DNA of 64,000 nt. It comes from Felis catus (Eukaryota). The translations under genes and the position numbers were made by a program. Each line of letters begins with the position of its first letter. Within the stretch, counting starts at the first letter, position 1. Of the stretch, positions 39,468 to 50,540 are shown one piece after another. Where the stretch lies: contig NC_058368.1 of NCBI RefSeq assembly GCF_018350175.1, forward strand, positions 117,120,001-117,184,000, read 5' to 3'. Below the pieces are notes generated by a model. That model saw only the letters and a program-made list of their open reading frames with translations, was not told where the DNA came from and did no database searches.

Positions 39468-39993
39468 GTTTTTTTTTTTTTTTAATGTAAGCTCTAGGTC
39501 AACATGGGGTTTGAACTCACGAGGCTGAGATCAAGAGTCCCATGCTTGGGGTGCCTGGGTGGCTCAGTCAGTTAAGCGTCTGACTCCATATTTCAGCTCA
39601 GATCATGATCTCAAGGTTCGTGGGGTCAAGCCCCGTGTCAGGTTCTGTGCAACAGTGTAGAGCCTGCTTATGATTCTCTCTCCTTCTCTCTCCGCCCCTC
39701 CCCTGCTTGTGCTCTCTTTCAAAATAAATCAGGAAACTTAAAAAAAAAAGTCACATGCTCAACTCATGGAACCAGTCATGTGCCCCTGAAAGAATTTCTT
39801 TTTTTTTTTTAAGTTTATTTATTTATTGAGGTGGAGAAGGGCAGAGAGAAAGGGAAAGGGAGAGAATCCCAAGCAGGCTACCTGATGTCAGTGCAGAGCC
39901 CAACTTGGGGCTCAATCCCATGAATTATAATATCATGACTTGAATGAAATCAAGAGTTGAATGGTCAGCTGACTGAGCCACCCAGGTGCCCCT
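39468..39993. mobile_element. Cluster of three CanSINEs: short minus copy (39468-39786) interrupted by a plus copy (~39548-39749), followed by a minus copy (~39799-39993)
   Basis: AAGAGTCCCATGCT / AAAAGTCACATGCT duplication around the inner plus-strand SINE; separate SINE heads and tails are visible. Confidence 0.85.
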
Positions 39994-40814
39994 GTAAGAA
40001 TTTCTCATAATGGCACTTTTTGTTTTTTAGTAGTAATAATTGGTTCTACATCTTGTGTTCTTTTTCTCTAATTATTACAGATTTAAGTGACCTTTACAAT
40101 AAGAAGTTTAAGACTACTTTGAACTGCATATTTTATTTATGGAAGTATTGAAGTGGAAACTTGCTTTTCAATATATGTTTATTTGAATATTCCAAATGCC
40201 ATAACCTGTGTATGCATTATGTATTCACATAGAAGAGTACAAAAAATTTAAACCAGCATAAAAGTTTAACATTCACAAATATGTAACTTTAAAAAACCAA
40301 TCCTTTCAAAATTTAGCAGTATTAGGTGAGAGAAGCTATTACTGTTGCCTTATTAAAATTATTTTTGTCAATGAAATTTTAAGGAAAACTTACTCCAGCA
40401 AATTCATTATCTGAATAAATTAATCTTATAAAATAACTTCAAAGTGAATAATCCATGTATATATAAAACTAAGAAGAAGTCTGTTTCCAAAGAGGATTGC
40501 ACATTGTGGTTACTGTAGAAAATAATGACATACAGAAAATTTTTGAAACATTATAAAACTGAAGTTAGAATAATTTACATATCTAGAAAGAAAGCAAAAT
40601 TCTACCAAGAATAAGTTAATTTGATGTTAAGAAAAAGTGGCAGTTTAACAATACATTTAATAGAAGTTCCATTCCACTTCATTTTCAACTAACATTCCAA
40701 AATGGTAATTGCTTTTGAAATGAGAATGCAAGAAACAGTGAGACAAGTCTACATAGTTAGAAGAGTATTGTCTTTCTCGGTTATCTATAATCAAGCATTA
40801 CTTATCTCAGCGCA

Positions 40815-40855
40815 TGTAGTGACAGGTTAGGACTCCGAGTGCCACTGTTCACCAA
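40815..40855 (+). promoter_or_regulatory. Degenerate CSE of the A9 pseudogene
   Basis: TGTAGTGAC...TAGGACTCCGAGTGCCACTGTTCACCAA: GCGCCGCT has become GTGCCACT. Confidence 0.85.
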
Positions 40856-42244
40856 CTTTAAGAAAAGTTCAATCAGCTCTCCATCCAGCTGTTCAGATCT
40901 GCAACTACACAGAGTCCCACAGAGCCCACAAACCTCAGCAAAAGCTGCCACAAAACTCACCTTCTTGGGGCACTCTGGTTTCTCCTTAGGAAAAAGATCA
41001 TCATAATTTGCAGGAGGTTAAAGAACCTAAGGAGTCAGTTTGCACAGAAAGCATTCTGAAAAACATTATGCATAGTGAAGCAACAACAGACACTCCACTG
41101 AATTGCCCGCACTGCAAAGGACTGGTTCTGCTGTGCCCGTGGAGGCTATGGGAGACCAGGGCCAGCCAGATCCACTACTCGGCACCTGAAGAGACAGAAG
41201 AAGGCTGTATCCTGGGGAAATATCTCCAAGGATCTGGGGCTGGTGGACCGTGGAGTCTGCATCGTCTCCAGAAGTAGGACTCAGTTTTTCGCTCTGAACC
41301 TGCAAAGTGGCTTGTCTTGGTCACTGCAGGCAGGATAGACTAGGAGGAACTCTGCGCTCAGAGCACACAGTGGCTAGTAAATATCAGTATCCTGGTTGAG
41401 GGCAGAAGAAAACTTTTTGGGATAGAAATAGAAATCACTGATATCAATGATAATAATCCAAAATTCCAGGTCGAAAATCTGGAAGTAAAAGTTAATGAAA
41501 TCGCTGCACCTGGAACACATTACCCACTCCCAGAGGCTGTTGACCCGGATGTGGGCATGAATTCCTTACAGAGCTACCAGCTCAGCCCCAATCACTACTT
41601 CTCTCTGGAAGTGCAGACTGGAGATGACGGAACTCTACACCCAGAGCTGGTGCTGGAGCAGGCCTTGGACCGAGAGGAAGAGGCTGCTCACCATCTGCTC
41701 CTCATCGCCTCTGATGGCGGTGACCCGCGTCGCTCCAGCACAGTGCACATCCACGTGACGGTGTTGGATACAAACGACAATGCCCCGGTTTTTACTCAAC
41801 CGATTTACCGAGTGAAAGTCCCAGAGAACGTGGCCCCGGGCACCCTGCTGCTTACTGTGAGCGCTAGCGACCCAGATGAGGGAGCCAATGGAGAAGTGGC
41901 CTATAGATTTTGGAAAATTAGTGAAAAGCAATCTCCGCTATTCCATCTTAATGAAAATACCGGTGAAATATCAACAGCAGGGAGTCTAGATTATGAAGAA
42001 TGTGCATTTTATGAAATGGAAATACAAGCTGAAGATGTGGGGGCACTTTTAGGGAGGACCAAAGTGCTCATTTCAGTAGAAGATGTAAATGACAATAGGC
42101 CAGAAGTGATCATTACATCTCTGTTTAGTCCAGTCTTAGAAAATACTCTTCCTGGAACAGTAATTGCCTTTTTGAATGTGCATGACCAAGACTCCGGGAA
42201 GAATGGTCAAGTTGTCTGTTACACTCCTCATAATTTACCTTTTC

Positions 42245-42467
42245 TTTTTTTTTTTTCTTTTTCTTTACTCTTCCTCCTCCTCCTCCTCCTCCTTCCTCTG
42301 AGAGAGCACAAAACTGTGAGTGGCGGAGGGGCAGAGGGAGAGAGAGAATCCCAAGCAGGCTCCATGCTCAGTACAGACACCAGCACAAGGCTTGATCCCA
42401 TGACCCTGGTATCATAAAGCTGAAATCACGAGTCAGACACTCAACCGGCTGAGCCACTCAGGCACTC
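42245..42467 (-). mobile_element. CanSINE inserted in EC4 of the A9 pseudogene
   Basis: TSD CATAATTTACCTTTTC (42229-42244) / CATTATTTACCTTTTC (42468-42483); the coding remnant [11 protein letters not shown] resumes afterwards. Confidence 0.92.
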
Positions 42468-43670
42468 CATTATTTACCTTTTCAATTAGAAAAGTCAATA
42501 GATTATTGTAGATTGTTGAAAGTATGAATTCTTGACAGAGAAGAAACTTCTGAATATAACATCACAGTGACCACAACAGACAGAAATTTACATCATCCTG
42601 CATGTGATCATTGTCAATGACAGTACACCTTCCTTCCCTGAAAACTTCTACACAGTCTGTCTCCTTAAGAACAGCCATAGAAGAACCTTCATCTTCTCAG
42701 TGACAGGCCATGATTCCAACAGTGACAAGAATGCCCAGGTTATTCACTCCTTGGCTGAGGACACTATCCAAGGGTCGTCCTATGTCTCCACCAGTTCCGA
42801 CACACTGGCTCGTATACACACTGCATCCCTTCAACATGAGCAGTTTTGTGATCTCAAATGCAAGTGAAGGCAAGTGACAGTGGGAAGGAACCCCCTACTC
42901 ACCAGCAACATGTCACTGAACTTGTTTGTGCTGGACCAGAAGGACAACGCACCAGAAATCCTGGACCCTACTCTCCCCACTGACATGTTCCACCATCATG
43001 GAACTGGTACCCTGCTCCACAGAACCTGGCTACCTGGTGACCAAGGTGGCTATAGACAGAGACTTGTGTCAGAACACCAGGCCTACCACCTGTTCAAGGC
43101 CAGTGAGCCAGGGCTCTTCATGGTAGGACTCCACACAGGAAAGGTGTGCACTGCATGGGCCCTGCTGCACAGAGACTGGCTCAAGCAGAGCCTGGTGGTG
43201 GTGGTCCAGGACCAAGGCCAGCCCCCTCTCTCGGCCACTTTCACCCTCACTGCAGCCTTGGCCCACAGCATCCCAGGTGGCCTGGCTGACCTCAACAGTC
43301 TGGAGGTCCTCACCTACCCAGAGATCTCAGACCTCACATTATACTTGGTGGTGACAGTGGCTGCAGTGTCCTGTATCTTCCTCACCTTTGTCATTGTGTG
43401 CTCAGGTTGTGGCATTGGCACATTTCAAATCTGCTGCAGGCTGCAGGGCTTGGATTGGCTGTGCCTCCTTCTTTGTGGGCATGGATAGGTGTGGGCTTTC
43501 CTGCAGACCTATTCCAGGAAGGCTCACACAGGGCAGGCTCCTGAGAGAGTCACATGATCTTTCCCCAGCCCAAGTATGACAATATGCTGATCAGCCAGGA
43601 GGGCTCTAGGAAAAATGACCATTTGTGCGCTTCAGATGATTCCAGGTTTCCTATAGAAAATACCTCTTTG

Positions 43671-43885
43671 GGGGCGCCTGGGTGGCTCAGTTACTTAAGC
43701 ATCAAACTTCCGCTCAGGTCATGATCCCACAGTTCACAGGTTTGAGCCCTGTGTCGGGCTCTGTGCTGACAGCTCAGAGCCTGGAGCCTGCTCAGATGTG
43801 TCTCCCTCTCCCTCTGCCCCTCCTCCACTTGTGCGCGCGCTCTCTCTCTTCTCAGAAATAAACATTAAAAAAATTTTTTTAAAAA
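43671..43885 (+). mobile_element. CanSINE inserted just before the A9 pseudogene splice donor
   Basis: TSD AAAATAC(C/T)TCTTTG at 43657-43670 and 43886-43899. Confidence 0.92.
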
Positions 43886-44734
43886 AAAATACTTCTTTGG
43901 CTCCAGTGAGTTCAACTTTTTCCTTTATTTTCTCTTATGATTTGGTTTTCTCTTTAAGGTTTCCACTTAAGGTATGATACATTCTCTTTAACATATTTCT
44001 CACCATCCAAGTTTTACTGGGCCTTGTTTTGTTCTAACATCTATAGGAGGCATTTACTGGTTAGATCACTGATATAAGTTTCTCATAATTAACCTAAATT
44101 AACCTAGGGTCAATGGATATCTTTTTCATGGGGCTTCTCTCATTATTGAGCCGTTGATATGGGCTATTGGGGTGGGGTTCCTTGGTTGATTATCAGTTCA
44201 CTACTAATTCTTAGAGGTGGTTTTCCATTCCTGAAATTTATTATTGTTGCTATCTTCAGTGGCCACATAGTGAACTTCCTACTTATCTTTGAACTTCTTA
44301 CATACCTCTGAAACATAAATACAGCTGACACTATGTGAAGGTAAATTAATGAGAAAACACATGCATTCTTCTTGAAGAAACTGAGAGCCCAGATTTTTCT
44401 GCTTCTGCTTTTCTGTTTCTATTATAGGACAACCCCCCTTTGAGGTTATGTTTTCCAGATCACATGTTTGTAGAGGTTGTTTGAATTTAAAGATCACTTC
44501 TGAGGAAGAATCACAATTCACTTAGAGGGGTTTCTGAGAATGAACACTGTTGAGGACAAAACAAGGGAAATAAACATTATTCAACTGTCTGTTATTTATG
44601 GCTCAATTCTCCAACCTTGAGGCTAGAAATAAACCTGGATAAGGAAGACAACTTAGGAAAATATTCTCAGGAACTGCTGGAAGAGGTTCTAAGAATATTT
44701 TACTAGCTTTTGAATATAAGAAAGGAATAATATT

Positions 44735-44917
44735 TTTTCAAGTTTATTTTTTGAGGAGGGGGGCAATGAGTGAGGGAGGGGCAGAGAGGGGACAGAAGAG
44801 CCCAAGCAGGCTCCGCACAGAGAGCAGAGAACCTGATGTAGGGCTCAAACTCTTAAACCGCGAGATCATGACCTGAGCTGAAATCAAACATGACTGACTG
44901 AGCGACCCAGATGCCCC
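44735..44917 (-). mobile_element. CanSINE
   Basis: CCCAAGCAGGCTCCGCAC...GAGATCATGACCTGAGCTG...CCCAGATGCCCC. Confidence 0.88.
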
Positions 44918-45519
44918 TATTTCATTTTATTTTAAACATAGTGGCATTCCGAGTAATAAATGACTTTCTAGGAGACTTTAAAAATAAACTATGAAGTGGA
45001 CTCAAAAATTCTATTTGAAAAGTGCTGGCTAATAGGGGTAACATCTGGACAGCCATTATGACATACAGATGTTATACTGATTTCAAATACTCCTTACTCC
45101 TAATTTAGTAGGAAAAAATTAAAGCATGCTTCAGGATCATATTTTTAACTATGAAATAGGAAAACTGTCACTTGAAGTTTCTGTCCTCGCGAGTAACCAT
45201 TGGTACTTAGTATTTACAAATATTAAGTATGTGTTAACTTGGGAAAAAACATAACATAGTGATGAAGGCTTGTCGGTCAGTAACTACTATTCTCTACCAT
45301 TAATATCACTTGCCTTTAAAACAGAACACAAAGCTCACTGGGTGAATGGGCAGTGTGGAAAATGTTGAATTCTAGTTTTCTTAAACTAGATAGACTTTTG
45401 TATTGGTAACATTTTATATAACAAAATAGGCTTAAATATAAAATCCTTATTAATCTTAATGTTTCATCTTAAGAGTTAAAGTATCTTGGATTTGCTTCAA
45501 AATAATGAGGGTGTACAAA

Positions 45520-45640
45520 TTATATTAAATGAAGATGGCCTTGTGTTGATCGTTATTGTTATTGGGTGATGAGTATATGAAGATTCAATAATACTCCCTA
45601 CTTTGTAGAAGTTTGAAATTTTTCTGTAATAAATTTCTTT
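45520..45640 (+). mobile_element. Possible ancient L1 (L1M-type) 3' remnant
   Basis: TTGGGTGATGAGTATATG...CTACTTTGTA...GTTTGAAATTTTTC..TAATAAA resembles old L1 3' UTR ends; recognised by eye only. Confidence 0.45.
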
Positions 45641-45786
45641 AAAACACTAAGCATATAGTCTGTAATAATATAATACTAAAATTAGGGGCTATTATATAAG
45701 TTCATTTTCAAGAAGCAATATATACATATTCTATATATAAAGAAATAAATATCGTATGTTTCTATTTGTATGTAATTGGCCCCCAG

Positions 45787-45876
45787 TCCTCCGTGTTGCA
45801 GTTGACAGCCACTCAGGAGGACGAGGGGGTCAATGCAGAAGTAAACAACTACCTCAGGAGCACTTCACAGAGTACA
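45787..45876 (+). repeat. Orphan 90-bp copy of B6 EC3 coding sequence (matches 47024-47113)
   Basis: Ungapped match of about 80/90 nt by hand count; reads SSVLQLTATQEDEGVNAEVNNYLRSTSQST versus SSVLQVTATDKDEGVNAEVNYYFRSTAQST. Confidence 0.92.
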
Positions 45877-45968
45877 GGGCATATATATAAATATGTATAG
45901 GAATTTCGAAGAGGAATATATATATTATAGAGATTGTAGAGAACAATTGGATTCAAGAGGAAAATGCC

Positions 45969-46008
45969 TGCGGTTCCACACGGGGCCTCTGGGCGCCGCT
46001 GTCGGCCA
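45969..46008 (+). promoter_or_regulatory. CSE / CTCF site of the B6 promoter
   Basis: TGCGGTTCC...CCTCTGGGCGCCGCTGTCGGCCA, with CGCT at 45997. Confidence 0.9.
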
Positions 46009-46249
46009 GTACAGGGCAAGCGCAGTCGCCTGGGATTTCTGTCTCCAGCCTGGGATTTCCTGGGCAGTCACCAACACAGAAGAAAATCTGCTCATACAAC
46101 TGGGTCTCCTGGAGGCGCAGACTTTGCCCAACATTTACGGATTCCCAGGTACGCTTGTCATGGGTGGAATGCTCTTCCAGTGACGCCGTGGATTGCAGTT
46201 TCTTTGACTTTCCGGAAAGACTGGGACCCAGCGAGAACTAGAGCGCGCA

Positions 46250-48667
46250 ATGGGAGGGAGCTGCGTTCAGAGGCGCCCGGCCGGCAGGCGGCAGGTACTG
46301 TTTCCCTTCCTGCTACCTTTGTTCTACCCCGCGCTCTGCGAGCCGATCCGCTACTCGATTCCCGAGGAACTGGCCAAGGGCTCGGTGGTGGGGAACCTCG
46401 CCAAGGATCTCGGGCTCAGTGTCCTGGACGTGTCAGCTAGGAAGCTGCGAGTCAGCACGGAGAAGCTGCTTTTCAACGTAGACGCAGAGAGCGGGGACTT
46501 ACTAGTGAAGGACCGAATAGACCGGGAGCAGATATGCAAAGAGAGAAGAAGATGTGAGTTGCAGTTGGAAGCCGTGGTGGAAAATCCTTTAAATATCTTT
46601 CATATCATTGTGGTTGTTGAGGATATTAATGACCATGCCCCTCAATTCGATAAAAAGGAAATACTTTTAGAAATTTTTGAATCTGTATCAGAAGGTGCAC
46701 GAATATCCCTTGACCCTGCCACTGACCCCGATATAAACATGAACTCAGTCAAAGATTATCAGATAAATCCTAACCCTTATTTCTCATTAATGGTTAGAGT
46801 TAATTCCGATGGTGGTAAATATCCAGAGTTAACTTTGGAAAAACTCCTAGACAGGGAAGAGCAGCATTCTCATCACTTGATATTGACTGCCTTGGATGGG
46901 GGGAACCCACCAAGAAGTGCCACCACTCGAATAGAAATCTCTGTCAGGGATGCTAATGATAACTTTCCGGTGTTCAGCAAAGATGAATACAGAATCAGTG
47001 TTAGTGAAAATCTGCCCCCTGGATCCTCCGTGTTGCAGGTGACAGCCACTGACAAGGATGAGGGGGTCAATGCAGAAGTGAACTACTACTTCAGGAGCAC
47101 TGCTCAGAGTACAAGATACATGTTCTTGCTGAATGAGAAAACAGGTATGATTAAGAATAACCAGTCATTGGATTTTGAGGATGTAGAAAGATATACCATG
47201 GAAGTGGAAGCAAGGGATGGAGGTGGACTCTCTACTCAATGTAAAGTAATCATTGAAATCCTAGATGAAAACGACAACAGGCCAGAAATAATCATCACCT
47301 CTCTCTCTGATGAAATTTTGGAGGATTCTCTTCCAGGAATGGTGGTTGTTCTCTTCAAAACACGGGACAAGGATTTCGGGGGAAATGGAGAAGTCACATG
47401 TAACATAGAAAAGGATATTCCTTTCAAGATTTACTCCTCTTCTAATAATTATTACAAGCTGGTGACAGATGGACCGCTAGACCGAGAGCAGACTCCAGAA
47501 TACAACGTCACTATCACAGCCACTGACAGGGGCATTCCGCCCCTCTCCTCCAGCACTACCATCACCTTGCACATCACCGATGTCAATGACAACACACCGA
47601 TTTTCCACCAGGCCTCCTATGTGGTCCACGTGGCTGAGAATAACCCTCCAGGAGCCTCCATCGCCCAAGTCAGCGCTTCCGACCCCGACCTAGGGCCCAA
47701 CGGCCGCGTGTCCTACTCCATCGTGGCCAGCGACCTGGAGCCGCGGGCGCTGGCGTCCTACGTGTCCGTGAGCGCGCAGAGCGGCGTGGTGTTCGCGCAG
47801 CGCGCCTTCGACCACGAGCAGCTGCGCGCCTTCGAGCTGACGGTGCAGGCCCGCGACCAGGGCTCGCCCGCGCTCAGCGCCAACGTGAGCCTGCGCGTGT
47901 TGGTGGGCGACCTCAACGACAACGCGCCTAGGGTGCTGTACCCGGCGCTGGGGCCCGACGGTTCGGCGCTCTTCGACACGGTGCCGCGCGCCGCGCAGCC
48001 CGGCTACCTGGTCACCAAGGTGGTGGCGGTGGACGCCGACTCGGGACACAATGCGTGGCTGTCGTACCACGTGCTGCAGGCCAGCGAGCCCGGACTCTTC
48101 AGCCTGGGGCTGCGCACGGGCGAGGTGCGCACTGCGCGTGCTTTGGGCGACAGGGACGCGGCCCGCCAGCGCCTGCTGGTCGCCGTGCGGGACGGGGGGC
48201 AGCCGCCCCTCTCTGCCACCGCCACGCTGCACCTGGTTTTCGCCGACAGCCTCCAAGAAGTACTGCCGGATGTCAGCGACCGTCCGGAGCCCTCTGACCC
48301 CCAGGCCGAGCTGCAGTTTTACCTGGTGGTGGCTTTGGCCTTGATCTCGGTGCTCTTCCTCCTTGCGGTGATTCTGGCGGTGGCCCTGCGCCTGCGCCGC
48401 TCCCCCAGCCCCGCTGCCTGGGGCTGCTTTCAGCCTGGTCTTTGTGTCAAGTCTGGACCTGTGGTTCCTCCTAACTACAGTGAGGGGACTTTGCCTTATT
48501 CCTACAATTTGTGCGTTGCCCAAACCGGAAAGGCAGAGTTTAACTTCCTAAAATGTAATGAGCTCTTGCATTCCACTCAAGACATAGTTTGCGGTGATTC
48601 GTCTGGGGCCTTAATTCCACTTCAGGGTGGGCATGATTTGACTGCACATCCTGAGATGCTCACACCG
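46250..48667 (+). CDS. PCDHGB6: Protocadherin gamma-B6 variable exon (806 codons)
   Basis: MGGSC... signal, EC1-6, TM; donor CCG|GTGAGT at 48668. Confidence 0.88.
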
Positions 48668-50280
48668 GTGAGTTACATTTTTGTGTCTTCTGAAACATTC
48701 TATTGTTTTCTCTTATTTGAGGCATACTATTGTATTTTTTAATATGAGTCATATTTGGAAAATCCATAACTAATCACCTTGTCTCAGTATTTACTTTTTG
48801 CAGATTATATTTTTCAAGAGTTACTTGGTTTGTAAGTGCTCTATAATTCAGCAATAATGTCACTAAATTGGCGATATCTAGTCAAGCTCAGGTTAGCAAA
48901 ACAGGCGGTGGCTTCTTACTGAATAAATTAATAAGTAATTACTCAAGTTTGTTAATATTTAAGATGAATTTTCCATATTCTACTTATATATTTTGAGTAT
49001 AATAATGTTAAGCCACTCATTAAATATTCAAGCAGGTGCTTGTTTCAAAGAAACATTTATTGTAAATAATATCCTGGCTATATTTAGGTATCTTCATTTA
49101 TTCCAGTAATTAAAATAACTAAGCATTTGAGGGGAGATGGTGAACAAATCGAAAGGTTTCTGAAATTCTATGCAAAGTTATAGAAATACGTATTTTCCTT
49201 GGGAGATGAGTCAAACTTGTTTTCCATTGCCAAGGTTTCTATGCTCCCCAGAACTTAATAATAACTACCCTAGAGGATTTTTTCTCTTCAGCATTTGGTT
49301 CTTCTGGCTTTCTTCTTATGTTTATTTATCTTGGAGCTCAAATTGTACTCTTTCCTAATCTTTTTTCCTCTACATTGAAAAAGAATGAATTTCCAAGAAA
49401 GCAAATGAACTGTCACTGCCTTTGCACTCAGTCTCTGTCCCTAATTGTCTGATATAAAGTCTTTGAAGACAAAATATAAAATCTTTGAAAAGTTCCACAC
49501 TTTGGAGGCATAGTGACATAAATAGTCCTGAACAACCTGTTCTCTGTATAAAAGATGTGAACCTCTAAACTCCTCACCTTTGGGGAGAGAACTTCTGCTG
49601 GGTTGATGGGCAGGTAGAATTGAAGATGTCTGAACCACTTCACTTTGGGCTTCCATACAAAGTGCCAGAAGAGATTGTTTGTATGGGCATCAGTGCTCTG
49701 ATGAAAACAGATCATTTGAGTAAATACTTACTTAAAAAAAAAAAAACCCTACATCATTATTTTGTTTTTAAAAATTGTAGCTTGAAATTCTTATATTTTT
49801 CTTCCCATTACCACACAGACATGTTATACTCCTTTTAGTTTGCGGTTACTTCATTAATTTAAATAGGTCAAATTAACTTCTAATTATATATGCCTACAAT
49901 AAAAAAAACATTGTTTTCAAAACAGTTCATGGAGGCTCAATAAAACTATTTTAGAAAAGAATATTTTGAAAAATTTGTACACAATATTAATCATCAACAA
50001 ATTTAATTAATTGGCCAATTAGTTAAAGCTAAAATAAAAATTATAAGTGAATATAGCTAGAAATGAGTATGTTTCTACTCAGAAAGTGTTACAAATATGT
50101 ATATTTGACCAGTTATTTTCATTTGATATTTTATAGTACTTTCCATTTATCCTACCCAATAAGCAATCTACAAGTAGTAGTTGACTTAAGGGATATCAGT
50201 TGAGAAGCCAAAGAAGTATTGTAAAGTAAAATGAAAGATCCAACAAAGAGTACCGTGTTTTCCATTGCACACATAGTGGG

Positions 50281-50320
50281 TGCAGTAACTTCTCAGGACT
50301 CTGAGCGCCGCTGTTCTCCC
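50281..50320 (+). promoter_or_regulatory. CSE / CTCF site of the A10 promoter
   Basis: TGCAGTAAC...CAGGACTCTGAGCGCCGCTGTTC, with CGCT at 50309. Confidence 0.9.
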
Positions 50321-50540
50321 AGAGAAACGCAGCCAGCGCTCAATCCGGATTCTCAGGGCTCCGACTACGCAAAGCTCCTCAGTTCCTACAAACCGGCTCC
50401 AGGGTTGCAGTGAAACTCACTCCAGAATTTGAGGTGCGTAGGCTACAGAGGCTCCCAGCAGCCAGACAAAGAAAAAGGAATCGTTAAAACGCACAACGTG
50501 CCCAGTGATTACTTGGCGAGAATTCCTTGACTAGACAACA

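Larger units (their letters stand above)
41086..43905 (+). pseudogene. PCDHGA9: Protocadherin gamma-A9 variable exon, pseudogenised
   Basis: No ATG at the expected position (ACAACAG), deletions and frameshifts, IDRE codon changed to TAG at 41341, SINE in EC4 (42245-42467), SINE in the cytoplasmic part (43671-43885), decayed EC5-TM. Donor CCA|GTGAGT remains at 43906. Remnants WETRASQI and SRFPIENTSL and the position between B5 and B6 fit A9. Confidence 0.9.

Noticed and set aside
41551..42417. 288-aa ORF resembling a soluble EC2-EC3 decoy protein
   Set aside because: It is the converted tract running into a SINE. It has no signal peptide, starts mid-EC2, and the promoter CSE is degenerate.
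42604..43579. Several short cadherin-like ORFs
   Set aside because: Frameshifted pieces of the single A9 pseudo-exon, not separate genes.
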